Origin: an archaeon
GTDB lineage: Archaea > Nanobdellota > Nanobdellia > Pacearchaeales > GW2011-AR1
Direction of reading: 5' to 3'
Assembly (NCBI GenBank): GCA_021107855.1
Contig: JAIORZ010000011.1
Coordinates: forward strand, 199,686 to 263,685
DNA length: 64,000 nucleotides
This document shows, piece after piece, positions 44,932 to 54,452 of this stretch (the first letter of the stretch is position 1; each line of letters opens with the position of its first letter). The position numbers were made by a program, and so were the translations under genes. The notes under the pieces were generated by a model. It worked only from the letters and a program-made list of their open reading frames with translations, was not told the origin of the DNA and did no database searches.

Positions 44932-45561
44932 ATGGTGAAGAGGATTCGGGTTGATATGTCTGATAGGTTATTTTATACGCTTGTCGTGGTTGGGTTGACG
45001 ATTTTGTCGGTGGCTGTGGTTTATGGTTATGGGACCTTTGAGCCTGCTGTATTTGGACATAGTTTAGGGGAACTGAATCTTGGTGTTTATGATTGTAATG
45101 GGAATGCTATTACAAAGATTAATTTTAGTGATGGGAGTGTTACTTGCGTGGGAGCTGGGGCTGGATTTGATTTGCTTTATGGGGCACATAGCAGTGAGCA
45201 GTGTACTAATTTAGCTGGAACGGTGGTTGATGCTGGAGCGGGAGATATTTGTAAGTTCCCGAGTAGTTCTTGTCCTGCAGGCTGGGCACAATATGGGAGT
45301 TGGAGCACGACCACTAGTAATTCAGCTGATTGTGATGCTCATCGTCTTTATGTTGGTGATGATACGACTTGCTCAAGGCGTCCTTATGAAGGACCAATCT
45401 GTTATACTGGTGGGCACGCATTTAGTGATACGGCAAGGGAATCATGTACATCTACTTATAATTTAGTAGGATGGGATGTTAGTGCTCATTGTGCTCCAGG
45501 ATGTACAGGTCCTAATTTTGTTACAGCTTATGCCCACATAACTGAGATGGGTTGTTATTGA
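44932..45561 (+). CDS. secreted Cys-rich protein, conserved-leader family member C
   Basis: MVKRIRVDMSDRLFYTLVVVGLTILSVAVVYGYGTFEPAVFGHSLGEL, followed by a 150-aa domain with many Cys. Confidence 0.7.
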   Translation: MVKRIRVDMSDRLFYTLVVVGLTILSVAVVYGYGTFEPAVFGHSLGELNLGVYDCNGNAITKINFSDGSVTCVGAGAGFDLLYGAHSSEQCTNLAGTVVDAGAGDICKFPSSSCPAGWAQYGSWSTTTSNSADCDAHRLYVGDDTTCSRRPYEGPICYTGGHAFSDTARESCTSTYNLVGWDVSAHCAPGCTGPNFVTAYAHITEMGCY

Positions 45562-46890
45562 TTATTTGAAATCTTTTGCTAGCTTGAAAAGTAGTTCTTC
45601 TTGGAATTGTGGGGCGATGATTTGGAGTCCGACGTGTTTTTTGTCGATTTGTCCTGCTGGGATTGAGATTGCTGGGAGTCCGGCGATTGAGGCGAGGACG
45701 GTTGTGACGTCGTAATTGTACATTTCTTGAACGGATATTGTTCCTCCTATTTTGTGTGGGAGTTTTGGGGATGTTGGGAGGATTATTGCGTCTATGTCTT
45801 CGAATATTTTTTTGAATTGGAGTTTAATGTAGTTTCTTGCTTTTAGGGCTTCTCTATAATATTTTCCGTCGTGTTCGGCTTTTGTTATTTCGGAACCGCC
45901 AATGATTCTTCTAAGGACTTCTGGTCCGGCTGAGTCTTCGATTTTTTTGCCGAATCTTCTTCCGTCGTATTTTCGTGTGTTGGAGAAGAATTCGGTATAG
46001 ACGATTATGTAGTAGGTTTCTAAGGCGATGTCTAGGGGGAGGTTTATTTTTTTGATTTTCCAGTTATGTTGTTTTGCGATTTTTTTGGTTTGTTCTTCGA
46101 TTAGGTTTGCGATTTTTTTGTCAGCGAAGTCTTTGATGTTGACTAGTCCTATTGTATTTTTGTGAGTTGGGGATTTTTCTGGTGCATCTTTTGATGCTTG
46201 GTCGAAGTTATCTTGTCCTTTGACTACGTTGAAAATTAATTTGCAGTCTTCTGGGGTTTTTGCCATTGGCCCGATTACGTCGAAGGACATTGCTAGGTCG
46301 AGAAGGCCGTATCTTGAGACTGTGCCGTATGTTGGTTTTAGTCCTGTGACTCCGCAGTGTGATGCTGGGTTTCGGATTGAGCCTCCTGTGTCGGAGCCTA
46401 GTGTGAAGTCGGCGAGGTCTGCGGCTATTGCGGCTGCTGGTCCTGAGGATGAGCCTCCTGTGATTAGTTCTGGGTTTGTTGGGTTTTTTGTTGGTCCGAA
46501 TGCTGAGGTTTCGCCGGATGCTCCGCATGCGAATTCGTCCATGTTTAGAATTCCTAATAGGATTGCGTCTTCGGCTAGGAGTTTATTTATGACTGTTGCG
46601 TTGAATGGTGCGGTGTAGTTTTCTAGGGTTTTTGATGCGCAGGAAATTGTCATGTGTTTTGCTGAGATGTTGGCTTTTATTGCGAAGCAGAGTCCGGCGA
46701 GTTTTCCTGCTTTTTTTTGTTTGATTTTTTTGTCAATTGCTTTGGCTTGGTCGATTGCGTTTTCGTTTAAAGAGAGGAAGATGTTTAGGTCTTTGGATTT
46801 TGGTGTTGCGATTTTTTTTGAGAATTGGAGGAGGTTTTCTAGGGCTGTGAATTTTCCTTGTTGGATTTGTTTTAGTTTGGATTTTAACAT
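45562..46890 (-). CDS. gatA: Asp/Glu-tRNA amidotransferase subunit A
   Basis: 442 aa with amidase signature GGSSSGPAAAIAA..GSDTGGSIR. Confidence 0.88.
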   Translation of the reverse strand: MLKSKLKQIQQGKFTALENLLQFSKKIATPKSKDLNIFLSLNENAIDQAKAIDKKIKQKKAGKLAGLCFAIKANISAKHMTISCASKTLENYTAPFNATVINKLLAEDAILLGILNMDEFACGASGETSAFGPTKNPTNPELITGGSSSGPAAAIAADLADFTLGSDTGGSIRNPASHCGVTGLKPTYGTVSRYGLLDLAMSFDVIGPMAKTPEDCKLIFNVVKGQDNFDQASKDAPEKSPTHKNTIGLVNIKDFADKKIANLIEEQTKKIAKQHNWKIKKINLPLDIALETYYIIVYTEFFSNTRKYDGRRFGKKIEDSAGPEVLRRIIGGSEITKAEHDGKYYREALKARNYIKLQFKKIFEDIDAIILPTSPKLPHKIGGTISVQEMYNYDVTTVLASIAGLPAISIPAGQIDKKHVGLQIIAPQFQEELLFKLAKDFK

Positions 46891-47306
46891 TTTATGTCTC
46901 CTTTTTCTATTAAGAATTGTGTGTAGGGTGAGACTTTATGTTTCCATTCGTCGATTTCTTTTAGGTCGAGCCATTTGATTTCTATTGTCGAGCCCATTGG
47001 TTTTATTTCGTCTTTGTTTTTTAGTTTTGCTAGGTAACTTGTTAGGATGATTGTCATTTTTTCTTTTGTTTGTGGGTTCTCCCAGAGAATTTTTGGGTGA
47101 AGGGGTTTGATTATTTCTATTTCTCCGTTAATTTCTTCTTTGACTTTTTCGTGGCATGCTTTTTCTAAGTCTCTTACTTCTTTACTGATTGAACCTCCTG
47201 GAATTTTGTAGAAATCGTCTTTATCGTCTTTATTTACAAGGAGTTTTCCATCTTCTATTATTACTGGTCCCGAGGCTATTAGATATTTTCCTTCAAGGAT
47301 TCCCAT
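46884..47306 (-). CDS. NUDIX-like hydrolase embedded between gatC and gatA
   Basis: Degenerate Nudix box PGGSISKEVRDLEKACHEKVKEEING. TAATG overlap with the gatC stop and 7-nt overlap with the gatA start. Confidence 0.55.
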   Translation of the reverse strand: MGILEGKYLIASGPVIIEDGKLLVNKDDKDDFYKIPGGSISKEVRDLEKACHEKVKEEINGEIEIIKPLHPKILWENPQTKEKMTIILTSYLAKLKNKDEIKPMGSTIEIKWLDLKEIDEWKHKVSPYTQFLIEKGDIKC

Positions 47307-47569
47307 TATTTTTTCCAAGCTCCTTTTTCTGCTACGATTGTGTTGTCTTCTATGAAGGGTGCGTTTGCGAATGTTGTGTTTCGGAATTCTTCGTCGGTTT
47401 GCCAGCCGTCGCCTTCTTCTCGTGTTCCTGTTTCGTTTTCGTGATGACCTTCAGGGGCTTTGATTTTGGAGAGTTTTGCGGCGAATTCGTTTAGGAGTTT
47501 TTTGGAGTCTTGTTTGATTTGTTGTTTTTCTTCTTCGGTGACTTCGTGCCAGAGGGAGTTGGGTTTCAT
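47306..47569 (-). CDS. gatC: Asp/Glu-tRNA amidotransferase subunit C (probable)
   Basis: 87 aa. Position upstream of gatA plus a C-terminal ...FIEDNTIVAEKGAWKK-type tail. Weak sequence evidence. Confidence 0.5.
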   Translation of the reverse strand: MKPNSLWHEVTEEEKQQIKQDSKKLLNEFAAKLSKIKAPEGHHENETGTREEGDGWQTDEEFRNTTFANAPFIEDNTIVAEKGAWKK

Positions 47570-47619
47570 GTATTTTGATGTGTGGAAGAGTTTATAAAAT
47601 TAGGGATATTTATTGTTTT

Positions 47620-47958
47620 ATGGTAGAAGATTGTATTTTTTGTGAGGTCGTTGCAGGAAGGTCGCCGAGTACGAAGTTTTATGAGGATGAGGATTTTGTT
47701 GTGATTAAGAATATTTATCCTGTTATTGAGGGGCATTTGTTGGTTGTGTCGAAGAAACATTATGATAGTTTTTTGGATATGCCGAGTGAGCTTTATGGGA
47801 AGGCGTTGATTGTTGCGAAGAAAGTGTCTGAGAAGGAAGAGATTAAGGATTTTAATTTGGTTGTTAATCAGGGGAGGATTGCGGGGCAGATAATTTCGCA
47901 TTTTCATTTGCATATTTTGCCGAGGAAGGATGGGGATGGGTTTAGGTTTATGGCATGA
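47620..47958 (+). CDS. HIT-family hydrolase
   Basis: CIFCEVV N-terminus and histidine triad HFHLHILP. The ATG lies about 25 nt after TATA GTTTATAAAA. Confidence 0.85.
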   Translation: MVEDCIFCEVVAGRSPSTKFYEDEDFVVIKNIYPVIEGHLLVVSKKHYDSFLDMPSELYGKALIVAKKVSEKEEIKDFNLVVNQGRIAGQIISHFHLHILPRKDGDGFRFMA

Positions 47959-49234
47959 TTCTGTCTCGGTCTCGTGGGAACATGCAAACTTCTCTTATGT
48001 TTGACATTTCGAGTAGGACTTGCGTGAATCTTTCTATTCCAATTGACCAGCCTGCGTGTGGTGGTGCGCCGAAACGGAAGGAATCGATATAGGGAGTGAA
48101 GTCTTTTGGATTTAAATCGTTCGCCTCCAATCTTTTTTCTAAGAGTTCTGGGATGTGGATTCGTTGTCCGCCGGAGCTGATTTCCATTCCTTTGTAGATT
48201 GCGTCGAAGCCTTCGCTTAGTTCGGCATTTGGGTCTTCGTTTTTTGGCATGATGTAGAATGGTTTTCCTTTCATTGGCCAGTCGGTTACGAAGGTGATTG
48301 TGTTTGGGAATAATTCGTTGAGTTTTTTCTCGGCTTCTCCTGTTAGGTCGTTTTCTAGGATTTTGACTCCGTTTTCTTCTAGTAGTTTTTTTGTTTCGGT
48401 GAAGGTTAGGTATTTTGTTTTTGGGATTTTTAGTTTTAGTTTTAGAACCTCTAGTTCTTCGGCGTTTTTTTCTATTACTTGTTTTACGATGTGTTGGATT
48501 GCTTTGCCCATTTCTTCTAGGACTGTTTTTGAATCTGTGAAGGCCATTTCGATATCCATTTGTCGGCATTCGTTTAGGTGTCTTGTTGTGTTGTGTTTTT
48601 CGGCTCGCCAGACTGGGGTTATTGTTACCATGTTTTCCATTGAGCATGCTATCATTTGCTTATAGAGTTGTGGGGATTGTGCGAGGAAAACTTCTTTTTC
48701 AAAATATTTTGCTTTGAATAATTCTGTCCCGCCTTCTGAGGATGCTGATATGATTGATGGTGGGTGGGCGTAGGTGAAGCCTTTTTTTATGAAGTAGTTT
48801 AGGAATTCTGCTCCTATAGTTGATTGGATTTTGAAGATGGCTTGGGTTCTCACGGAATGGAGGTCCAAGAATCTGTTGTCGAGTCGGAGTGGGAGTTCGG
48901 TTTTTGAGTAGTCAGATGCGTCGATTGGGAGAGGGTTTTTTGCTTCTGCGATTATTTCGATTGAGTCCGGGATTAATTCTTCCCCGCTTGGGGCTTGTTC
49001 ACATTTTTTTAGAGCTCCTGTTACTTGGACTACGGATTCGCGATTTAGGTTGTCTAGGAGTTCGAAAGTTTCAGGATTAGTTTTCCCGTCGATTCCTGTT
49101 ACTTGGATTCTTCCGGATTTGTCTTTTAGGATTAGGAATCGGACTTTTTTGAGGTCTCGTGTTTCGTGGACCCAGCCTTTTAGGAAGACTGTGTTTGTTT
49201 TTTTGAACGCGTCTTTGATTAGGGTTCGTTGCAT
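47948..49234 (-). CDS. aspS: aspartyl-tRNA synthetase (archaeal type)
   Basis: 428 aa with N-terminal OB fold, class II motif 2 WRAEKHNTTRHLNE and motif 3 GAPPHAGWSIGIER. Confidence 0.92.
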   Translation of the reverse strand: MQRTLIKDAFKKTNTVFLKGWVHETRDLKKVRFLILKDKSGRIQVTGIDGKTNPETFELLDNLNRESVVQVTGALKKCEQAPSGEELIPDSIEIIAEAKNPLPIDASDYSKTELPLRLDNRFLDLHSVRTQAIFKIQSTIGAEFLNYFIKKGFTYAHPPSIISASSEGGTELFKAKYFEKEVFLAQSPQLYKQMIACSMENMVTITPVWRAEKHNTTRHLNECRQMDIEMAFTDSKTVLEEMGKAIQHIVKQVIEKNAEELEVLKLKLKIPKTKYLTFTETKKLLEENGVKILENDLTGEAEKKLNELFPNTITFVTDWPMKGKPFYIMPKNEDPNAELSEGFDAIYKGMEISSGGQRIHIPELLEKRLEANDLNPKDFTPYIDSFRFGAPPHAGWSIGIERFTQVLLEMSNIREVCMFPRDRDRIMP

Positions 49235-49316
49235 TTTATTGTATATTGATTGGGGTTTTTAAAATTGTGGGGTGGAGTACAATAATTTTTATAAAGTCTA
49301 GTTGGGTTTTGGGATT

Positions 49317-49550
49317 ATGGTAGAAGATAGAATAGAAGACAAAAGGATTTTGCGGAAAGTGGGGAGTGATTTTTTGACTAATCGTCCGATGTATGGAGAC
49401 TATAGGACTAGGTCTTTTGATGGTGATGGACCGTGTTCCCTGAGGAGAATGCATAGGCGAGTTGATAAAGGGAAGTCTGTTGCGGCTTTTACTAAGGTTT
49501 TTCCTAGATATGTAAATCATTATTGTAATGCACTTTGTTCTGCTAGATAG
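49317..49550 (+). CDS. hypothetical small protein
   Basis: 77 aa from the first ATG; TATA TTTTTATAAAG about 28 nt upstream. Confidence 0.45.
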   Translation: MVEDRIEDKRILRKVGSDFLTNRPMYGDYRTRSFDGDGPCSLRRMHRRVDKGKSVAAFTKVFPRYVNHYCNALCSAR

Positions 49551-49580
49551 GTTTTTATAGTGAAAGGATTTTTGGTGGTT

Positions 49581-49736
49581 ATGAAGAGGCGAGAATTTTG
49601 GACTGGGGCTTTGGGTGGTACTGTTGGTGGTTGTCTTGGTGCTGTTTGTGGTTCTAATAGTTTGTTTGTCGTCGGTGCCGTCGGTGCATCTATGGGATTC
49701 TTGACCGTTTGGTTGGTCAGTGGATTTTTTAAATAG
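49581..49736 (+). CDS. small glycine-zipper membrane protein (51 aa)
   Basis: My translation: MKRREFWTGALGGTVGGCLGAVCGSNSLFVVGAVGASMGFLTVWLVSGFFK. TATA GTTTTTATAG about 25 nt upstream. Below the ORF-track cut-off. Confidence 0.45.
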   Translation: MKRREFWTGALGGTVGGCLGAVCGSNSLFVVGAVGASMGFLTVWLVSGFFK

Positions 49737-50261
49737 TTATTCTGATTCTATTCCGTGTCCTGGACAGAGTATTTCGAATTTCAGTTTGGAGAGTTTTTCT
49801 AGGGATTTTCTCATTTCGTTTTCGTCGCTTCCTGGGAGGTCGGTTCGTCCTATTGTGCCGCGGTGGAAAAGGGTGTCGCCAGAGAAGAGGATGTCTTTGT
49901 ATAGGATGCAGATTCCGCCTTTGGAATGGCCAGGGGTGTTTATGATTTTGAGTTCTGGGATTTTGAGGGTGTGGATGTCGTGAAGGTTTTCTCCGAAGTC
50001 TTTTTTGGATGCGTAGAATTTTGCGTTTGGGAAAAGGTCCATTCCGCCGGTGTGGTCCCAGTGGTTGTGGGTGAGGATAACGATATCGATTACTGTTGGC
50101 GAGAGTTTTAGTTCGTGAAGGTGGGAGATTAGTTCTTCGGCGTTTTCTGGCGATGAGGTGTCGATTATGATGTTTTTGTTTTCGAGTTGGAGGAGGTATA
50201 CGTAGGAGCCGAAGCTTTGGAATGAGATTTTATAGACGTTGGGTTTGATTTTTCTTATCAT
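49737..50261 (-). CDS. metallo-beta-lactamase fold hydrolase (glyoxalase II-like)
   Basis: THNHWDHTGG (HxHxDH), TPGHSKG, SGDTLF. Start MIRKIKPN at 50261. Confidence 0.8.
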   Translation of the reverse strand: MIRKIKPNVYKISFQSFGSYVYLLQLENKNIIIDTSSPENAEELISHLHELKLSPTVIDIVILTHNHWDHTGGMDLFPNAKFYASKKDFGENLHDIHTLKIPELKIINTPGHSKGGICILYKDILFSGDTLFHRGTIGRTDLPGSDENEMRKSLEKLSKLKFEILCPGHGIESE

Positions 50262-50329
50262 TTTGATTAGAGGTGTGGTGTATTGAAAAAGGTTTTGTAT
50301 TTTATATAAGTTGTGCGGGCATCTTGCTG

Positions 50330-50698
50330 TCATTCATTTTTTTGGAGAAGAAGTGTTTCGTCTATTCCAGATATAGACCAAAGTCGGCCTTTCAAAATTT
50401 GATTTGGGCTGTAGATACCTTTTTTTGCTCCCATTTGGCTCATATTATAATCTCCTGTTCCATTGCTTTCCAGCATGAATGTTTCGTTTACAAATACTGT
50501 GATGTCTGGTACGGGACTAAGGTTTATTCTTAAAAAAGTTTGAAATGGGACTAGGAGATTTTCCTCTTTCATAATAAAAAAGTATTTTGGTCCTTCAAAT
50601 ATATTGTCAGCCTGGGGTCCATCGTGTTTTCTCAAATAAACTTTTAAGTCTCCTCTAATTTCTGGAGAATATGGCTTAAATAAGTCGTAGTAGTTCAT
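50330..50698 (-). CDS. hypothetical protein translationally coupled to gatE
   Basis: 122 aa with ATGA overlap to the gatE stop. No motif recognised. Confidence 0.55.
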   Translation of the reverse strand: MNYYDLFKPYSPEIRGDLKVYLRKHDGPQADNIFEGPKYFFIMKEENLLVPFQTFLRINLSPVPDITVFVNETFMLESNGTGDYNMSQMGAKKGIYSPNQILKGRLWSISGIDETLLLQKNE

Positions 50699-52116
50699 AA
50701 TAATTCCTTTAGTGTGTCGCTCACATCTTTCCCCGAGACTTGTCCTTTGAATTTTTGCATTAGTAGCCCCATGTAGGCTCCTTGAGAAAGATTAGGTTTT
50801 TGTTTTATGATTTTTTGTGCTTCGGATTTTAGGTCGATGTCGGATTTTTCCATGGCTTTTTCTAAGGGGATTCCTTGTGTGATTTTTTGTAAGATTAATT
50901 TCACATCATTGGCGGATATTTTTTTGTCGACTTGTTCGAGGATGGCTTCGAGAGTGTGAGGATTTAAGATTGTTATTATTTCTTCTAGTGGTTTGTTCTC
51001 TTTTTTGGCGATTTCTTTTGGGAAGATTGTTAGGGATTTTGCGATTAGTTCGTGGTTGGGAATTGTTTTTGCGAGTATTTTGAATTCTTCTATTTTGTTT
51101 CGTTTTAGTATTAATCTTATTAGTTCGTCGTTTAATCGGAATTCTTTTAGGTAGGATGAATTTTGGGATGCTAGTTTCGGTAGGTTCTTTTTGGTTTCGT
51201 CGATTAGGTTTCGGGGGATTTTTAAGAGAGGGTGGTCGGTTTCGGGATACATTCGTGCAGCGCCTGGCATTGGTCTTAGGAATTCTGTTGTTCCGTCGGG
51301 TAGGGCGTTTCTGACTTCATTTTTGCAGATTTTTTCTTTGACGCATTTTTCTTGTCTTGCGATTTCTATGTCTATTGTTTTTATCATCATCTTTGGATTT
51401 TGGAATCCTTTTATTTCTACTCGTTTGCTTCCGGTGATTGAGATGTTAACGTCTTGGCGGATTGTTCCGAGTCCTCGTTTGACTTTGCAGGCTCGTAGTA
51501 TTTCTCCGATTTTTAGGGCGACTTCTTTTATTTCTTCGGGTGTGTGCATGTGTGGTCCGGTTGCGATTTCGACTAGGGGGATTCCTAATCTATCTAGTTT
51601 GTAGGTTGTTTTGGAATCTGGGGTTTTTCTGGCGGAGTCTTCTTCTAGCATTAGGTAGTCGATTGCGATTTTTTTGCCGGATGATATTTCGATGTAACCG
51701 TCGTGGGCGATTAGTGCTGTTCGTTGGAAGCCGGAAGTGTTGGATCCGTCGGTTACGGTTTTTCTCATGATTTGTGTGACTGGGAAAATTTTGCAGTTTA
51801 GGAGATGGGCGATTTGGAGTGAGATTTTTATGGCTTCTTGATTTATTGTGTGGGGCGGTTCTTCGTCGAGTTCTACTAGGCAGTTTGTGTCGTAGACTTG
51901 GTAGGTGAAGTCTTTGTTTTGGGTTGCTTCGTGTGCTACGGCTCGGTCTATTTTTCCGGTTTCTCCGATGACTGGATTGAGGGTTCGGTGGATTTCGTAT
52001 TGGGGTTCGTCTTGTCGGAGGAGAGAGGGGCAGTCGCAAAATAATTTGTGGGTGTCTAACTGTTGGTGAATTTCCAATCCGGATTTTAGGCCTAATTTTT
52101 TGTAGTCGTGTTCCAT
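50695..52116 (-). CDS. gatE: Glu-tRNA(Gln) amidotransferase subunit E, short form
   Basis: GLKSGLEIHQQLDTHKLFCDCP, DGSNTSGFQR, RGLGTIRQDVNISI, LPDGTTEFLRPMPGAARMYPETD. Only 473 aa. Confidence 0.75.
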   Translation of the reverse strand: MEHDYKKLGLKSGLEIHQQLDTHKLFCDCPSLLRQDEPQYEIHRTLNPVIGETGKIDRAVAHEATQNKDFTYQVYDTNCLVELDEEPPHTINQEAIKISLQIAHLLNCKIFPVTQIMRKTVTDGSNTSGFQRTALIAHDGYIEISSGKKIAIDYLMLEEDSARKTPDSKTTYKLDRLGIPLVEIATGPHMHTPEEIKEVALKIGEILRACKVKRGLGTIRQDVNISITGSKRVEIKGFQNPKMMIKTIDIEIARQEKCVKEKICKNEVRNALPDGTTEFLRPMPGAARMYPETDHPLLKIPRNLIDETKKNLPKLASQNSSYLKEFRLNDELIRLILKRNKIEEFKILAKTIPNHELIAKSLTIFPKEIAKKENKPLEEIITILNPHTLEAILEQVDKKISANDVKLILQKITQGIPLEKAMEKSDIDLKSEAQKIIKQKPNLSQGAYMGLLMQKFKGQVSGKDVSDTLKELL

Positions 52117-52178
52117 GGGTATGAAGATATGTTAAGGTTTAAATAAGTTGTTTTCTTGAGTGAGGGAAGGAGGTAAAG

Positions 52179-52439
52179 ATGAAGTTAACTAAAATTAATT
52201 ATGGGTCGGCTGTGTTTTTCGGGCTTATTGCTTTTGCTATGTATCTGGCTGTAGGAATTTTGCAATGGAGTTTGCGAGAGGTTTTGCTTGGTCAAGGAAT
52301 GATGGTTACTGCGGTTTCGTCCTTTGTTTACGGCCCAATTATTGGTGGTATCGTTGGATATTTGAGCGCGCTTGCTGTGATTGCGATTTATAATCTTGTA
52401 GCGAAAAAATACCCGATTGCTTGGACAATCAAAAAGTAA
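52179..52439 (+). CDS. small membrane protein
   Basis: 86 aa with 3 hydrophobic helices. Confidence 0.55.
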   Translation: MKLTKINYGSAVFFGLIAFAMYLAVGILQWSLREVLLGQGMMVTAVSSFVYGPIIGGIVGYLSALAVIAIYNLVAKKYPIAWTIKK

Positions 52440-52457
52440 TTTTTAATCTCGATTTTT

Positions 52458-52520
52458 AGCGTAAATTTCTTGGTAAAAAATTTCTTATGTGTGTTTGCAC
52501 ACGGCGAAATTTTTTACGCT
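52458..52520. terminator. A/T-rich hairpin with two alternative left arms and an inner GTGTG/CACAC hairpin
   Basis: GTAAAAAATTTC (52473..52484) pairs with GAAATTTTTTAC (52506..52517). AGCGTAAA (52458..) can alternatively pair with TTTACGCT (..52520). Lies between convergent genes. Confidence 0.45.
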
Positions 52521-52578
52521 TTGAAATTTTCTGCTATAAATCAAAATTGTTGTTTTTATTTATCTCATTAGAGATTTT

Positions 52579-53793
52579 TTAGAGTTTTTCTTTTGGGTTC
52601 CAGGTTTTGTGTCCTAGAATCCATCCGAGTTTTACGTATGCGGTTTCGGTTGTTTCGTTTAGGAAGATGATGCCGGTTTTTTGGAGGTCTCGACCTGGGG
52701 TGTATACGTTTGGGTTGAGGAGTCCGTATGTTGTCTGTGCTGTTGCGACCATGGTTACTCCGTTTTGAATAGATTTTTTTATTTTTGGAATCCAGTTTGC
52801 TCGAGATTCTTTAGTTGGGACGTGTCCTAATCCTGTTGCTTCTAAAATTATTCCCTTGTAGCCTTCTTTTTGGTAGTAGTCTAATATTGAGGGGTTTTGT
52901 CCAGGGTGGATTTTTATTATGGCGATTTTGTCTGAGAATTTTGTGTCGATTTTTGGCTTTGAGTTTGAGCGGGCGTTGAATGTTTTTAGGATTTCAATTT
53001 TGTTTGGTGTGATTCTTGCTATCGGTGTTGCGTTGATTGGTTTGAATGTGTCTCTGCGGGAGGTGTGCATTTTTTTTGCTTTGGATGCTGGGATTGCTAG
53101 GCAGGATGAGTCGTCTTGGTTTTCGTGTCCGATTAATGCGATTTCTGCAATGTCGGATGTTGCGTATTTTGCTGCGCAGATTAGGTTGAAGGCGGCGTCT
53201 GTTGAGGCTCGGTCGATGGAACGTTGGGAGTAGGTTAGGGCTATTGGTTTGTTTAGGTTTTGGATGAAAAAGTGTAGTGCGGCTCCGGTATAGTGGAGGG
53301 TGTCGGTTCCGTGGGTTAGGATGATTCCTGAGATTGAGTCGTCGTTTAGGTATTTTTCGCAGGTTTCGGCGATTGTTTTCCAGTCTTGTGGGTCCATGTC
53401 TTCGGAGGATTTCATGAAGGGGCTTTCGATTATTGGATTGCAGATTTCTTTTAGTTCGGGTGCGATTGTGAGGATTGTTTCTTTGTCTGTTGAGATAACG
53501 CCGCCTGATTTTGGGTCGAGTCGGGAGGATATTGTCCCTCCTGTTATTATTATTGCGACGTTGGGTAAATTAGAATTTGGAGCTTGTGTTTGTGTTTCGC
53601 TTGTTGGCTTTTCGGATTTTTTTATGATAGTTGCGTTTAGGATTTCTGATTCGCGGATTCCGATGTTGTAGCCGGATTTTATTTTTAGGAGGATTATTTC
53701 TGGGTCGTGGGATTCTAGGGCGTGGCCTTCCCATGTTTTTGTTTTTGTTTGGAGTTTGATTTTGTCTCCGGGGTGGAAGGTTTTTGTTTTCAT
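52579..53793 (-). CDS. gatD: Glu-tRNA(Gln) amidotransferase subunit D
   Basis: 404 aa with asparaginase-type motifs ITGGTISS and THGTDTL. Confidence 0.88.
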   Translation of the reverse strand: MKTKTFHPGDKIKLQTKTKTWEGHALESHDPEIILLKIKSGYNIGIRESEILNATIIKKSEKPTSETQTQAPNSNLPNVAIIITGGTISSRLDPKSGGVISTDKETILTIAPELKEICNPIIESPFMKSSEDMDPQDWKTIAETCEKYLNDDSISGIILTHGTDTLHYTGAALHFFIQNLNKPIALTYSQRSIDRASTDAAFNLICAAKYATSDIAEIALIGHENQDDSSCLAIPASKAKKMHTSRRDTFKPINATPIARITPNKIEILKTFNARSNSKPKIDTKFSDKIAIIKIHPGQNPSILDYYQKEGYKGIILEATGLGHVPTKESRANWIPKIKKSIQNGVTMVATAQTTYGLLNPNVYTPGRDLQKTGIIFLNETTETAYVKLGWILGHKTWNPKEKL

Positions 53794-53873
53794 GGTTGGT
53801 TAAGTTTGATAAGATATAAAAAGGTTTGGAGGTTTTTCATTACATTTATATAATAGTTTTTGTTGTATTGGAG

Positions 53874-54398
53874 ATGGTGAAAGTTAATTTTAATGTATAT
53901 AGGCGGGATTTTGTTTGGATTGGTTTGTTGGTTGTTGTTGTTGGTTTTGGTCTTGTTTATGCCGATAATCCTATTGTTGATCCCAATATTCATGGTCATC
54001 CGAGTGATATTTTGACGTATGTTGATGGTCAGTTGTGTAATTCTGCTAGTTGTGTGGAGATTGGAACTGGTGAGAGTGGCGCAAGTACGTATGAAGGAGA
54101 TGGTGGATGTTATTCCGGTGATGTTGCGATTGCGTATAGGAGAGAGGCTCGTACTTGTGTGGGGACGGAAGATGGCTATACTCGTATAGTTGGTGACGAT
54201 AATACTTTTGATGTTTCTTGCACAGGTGCTACTTCTTGTACTACTGCTGAGGATGTGGAATGGTTAGATGTATTGCCTTCACCGCATACATGTAATTATG
54301 TGTCTGAGCGTGCTGTGGTTAGTACGTGGATTCAAAGATGTGAGACGGATACATTGGTTTGTAGTTCAGAGTTGAAAGTTCTTTGTGAAAGACAGTAG
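53874..54398 (+). CDS. secreted Cys-rich protein, divergent conserved-leader family member D
   Basis: MVKVNFNVYRRDFVWIGLLVVVVGFGLVYADNPIVDPNIHGHPSDIL, then a Cys-rich domain. The ATG lies about 28 nt after TATA TTTATATAA. Confidence 0.65.
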   Translation: MVKVNFNVYRRDFVWIGLLVVVVGFGLVYADNPIVDPNIHGHPSDILTYVDGQLCNSASCVEIGTGESGASTYEGDGGCYSGDVAIAYRREARTCVGTEDGYTRIVGDDNTFDVSCTGATSCTTAEDVEWLDVLPSPHTCNYVSERAVVSTWIQRCETDTLVCSSELKVLCERQ

Positions 54399-54452
54399 TC
54401 TGGAAAGTTTATTTTTCAATAACTTTTTATATGAACTTCTCTAATTTTGCTC

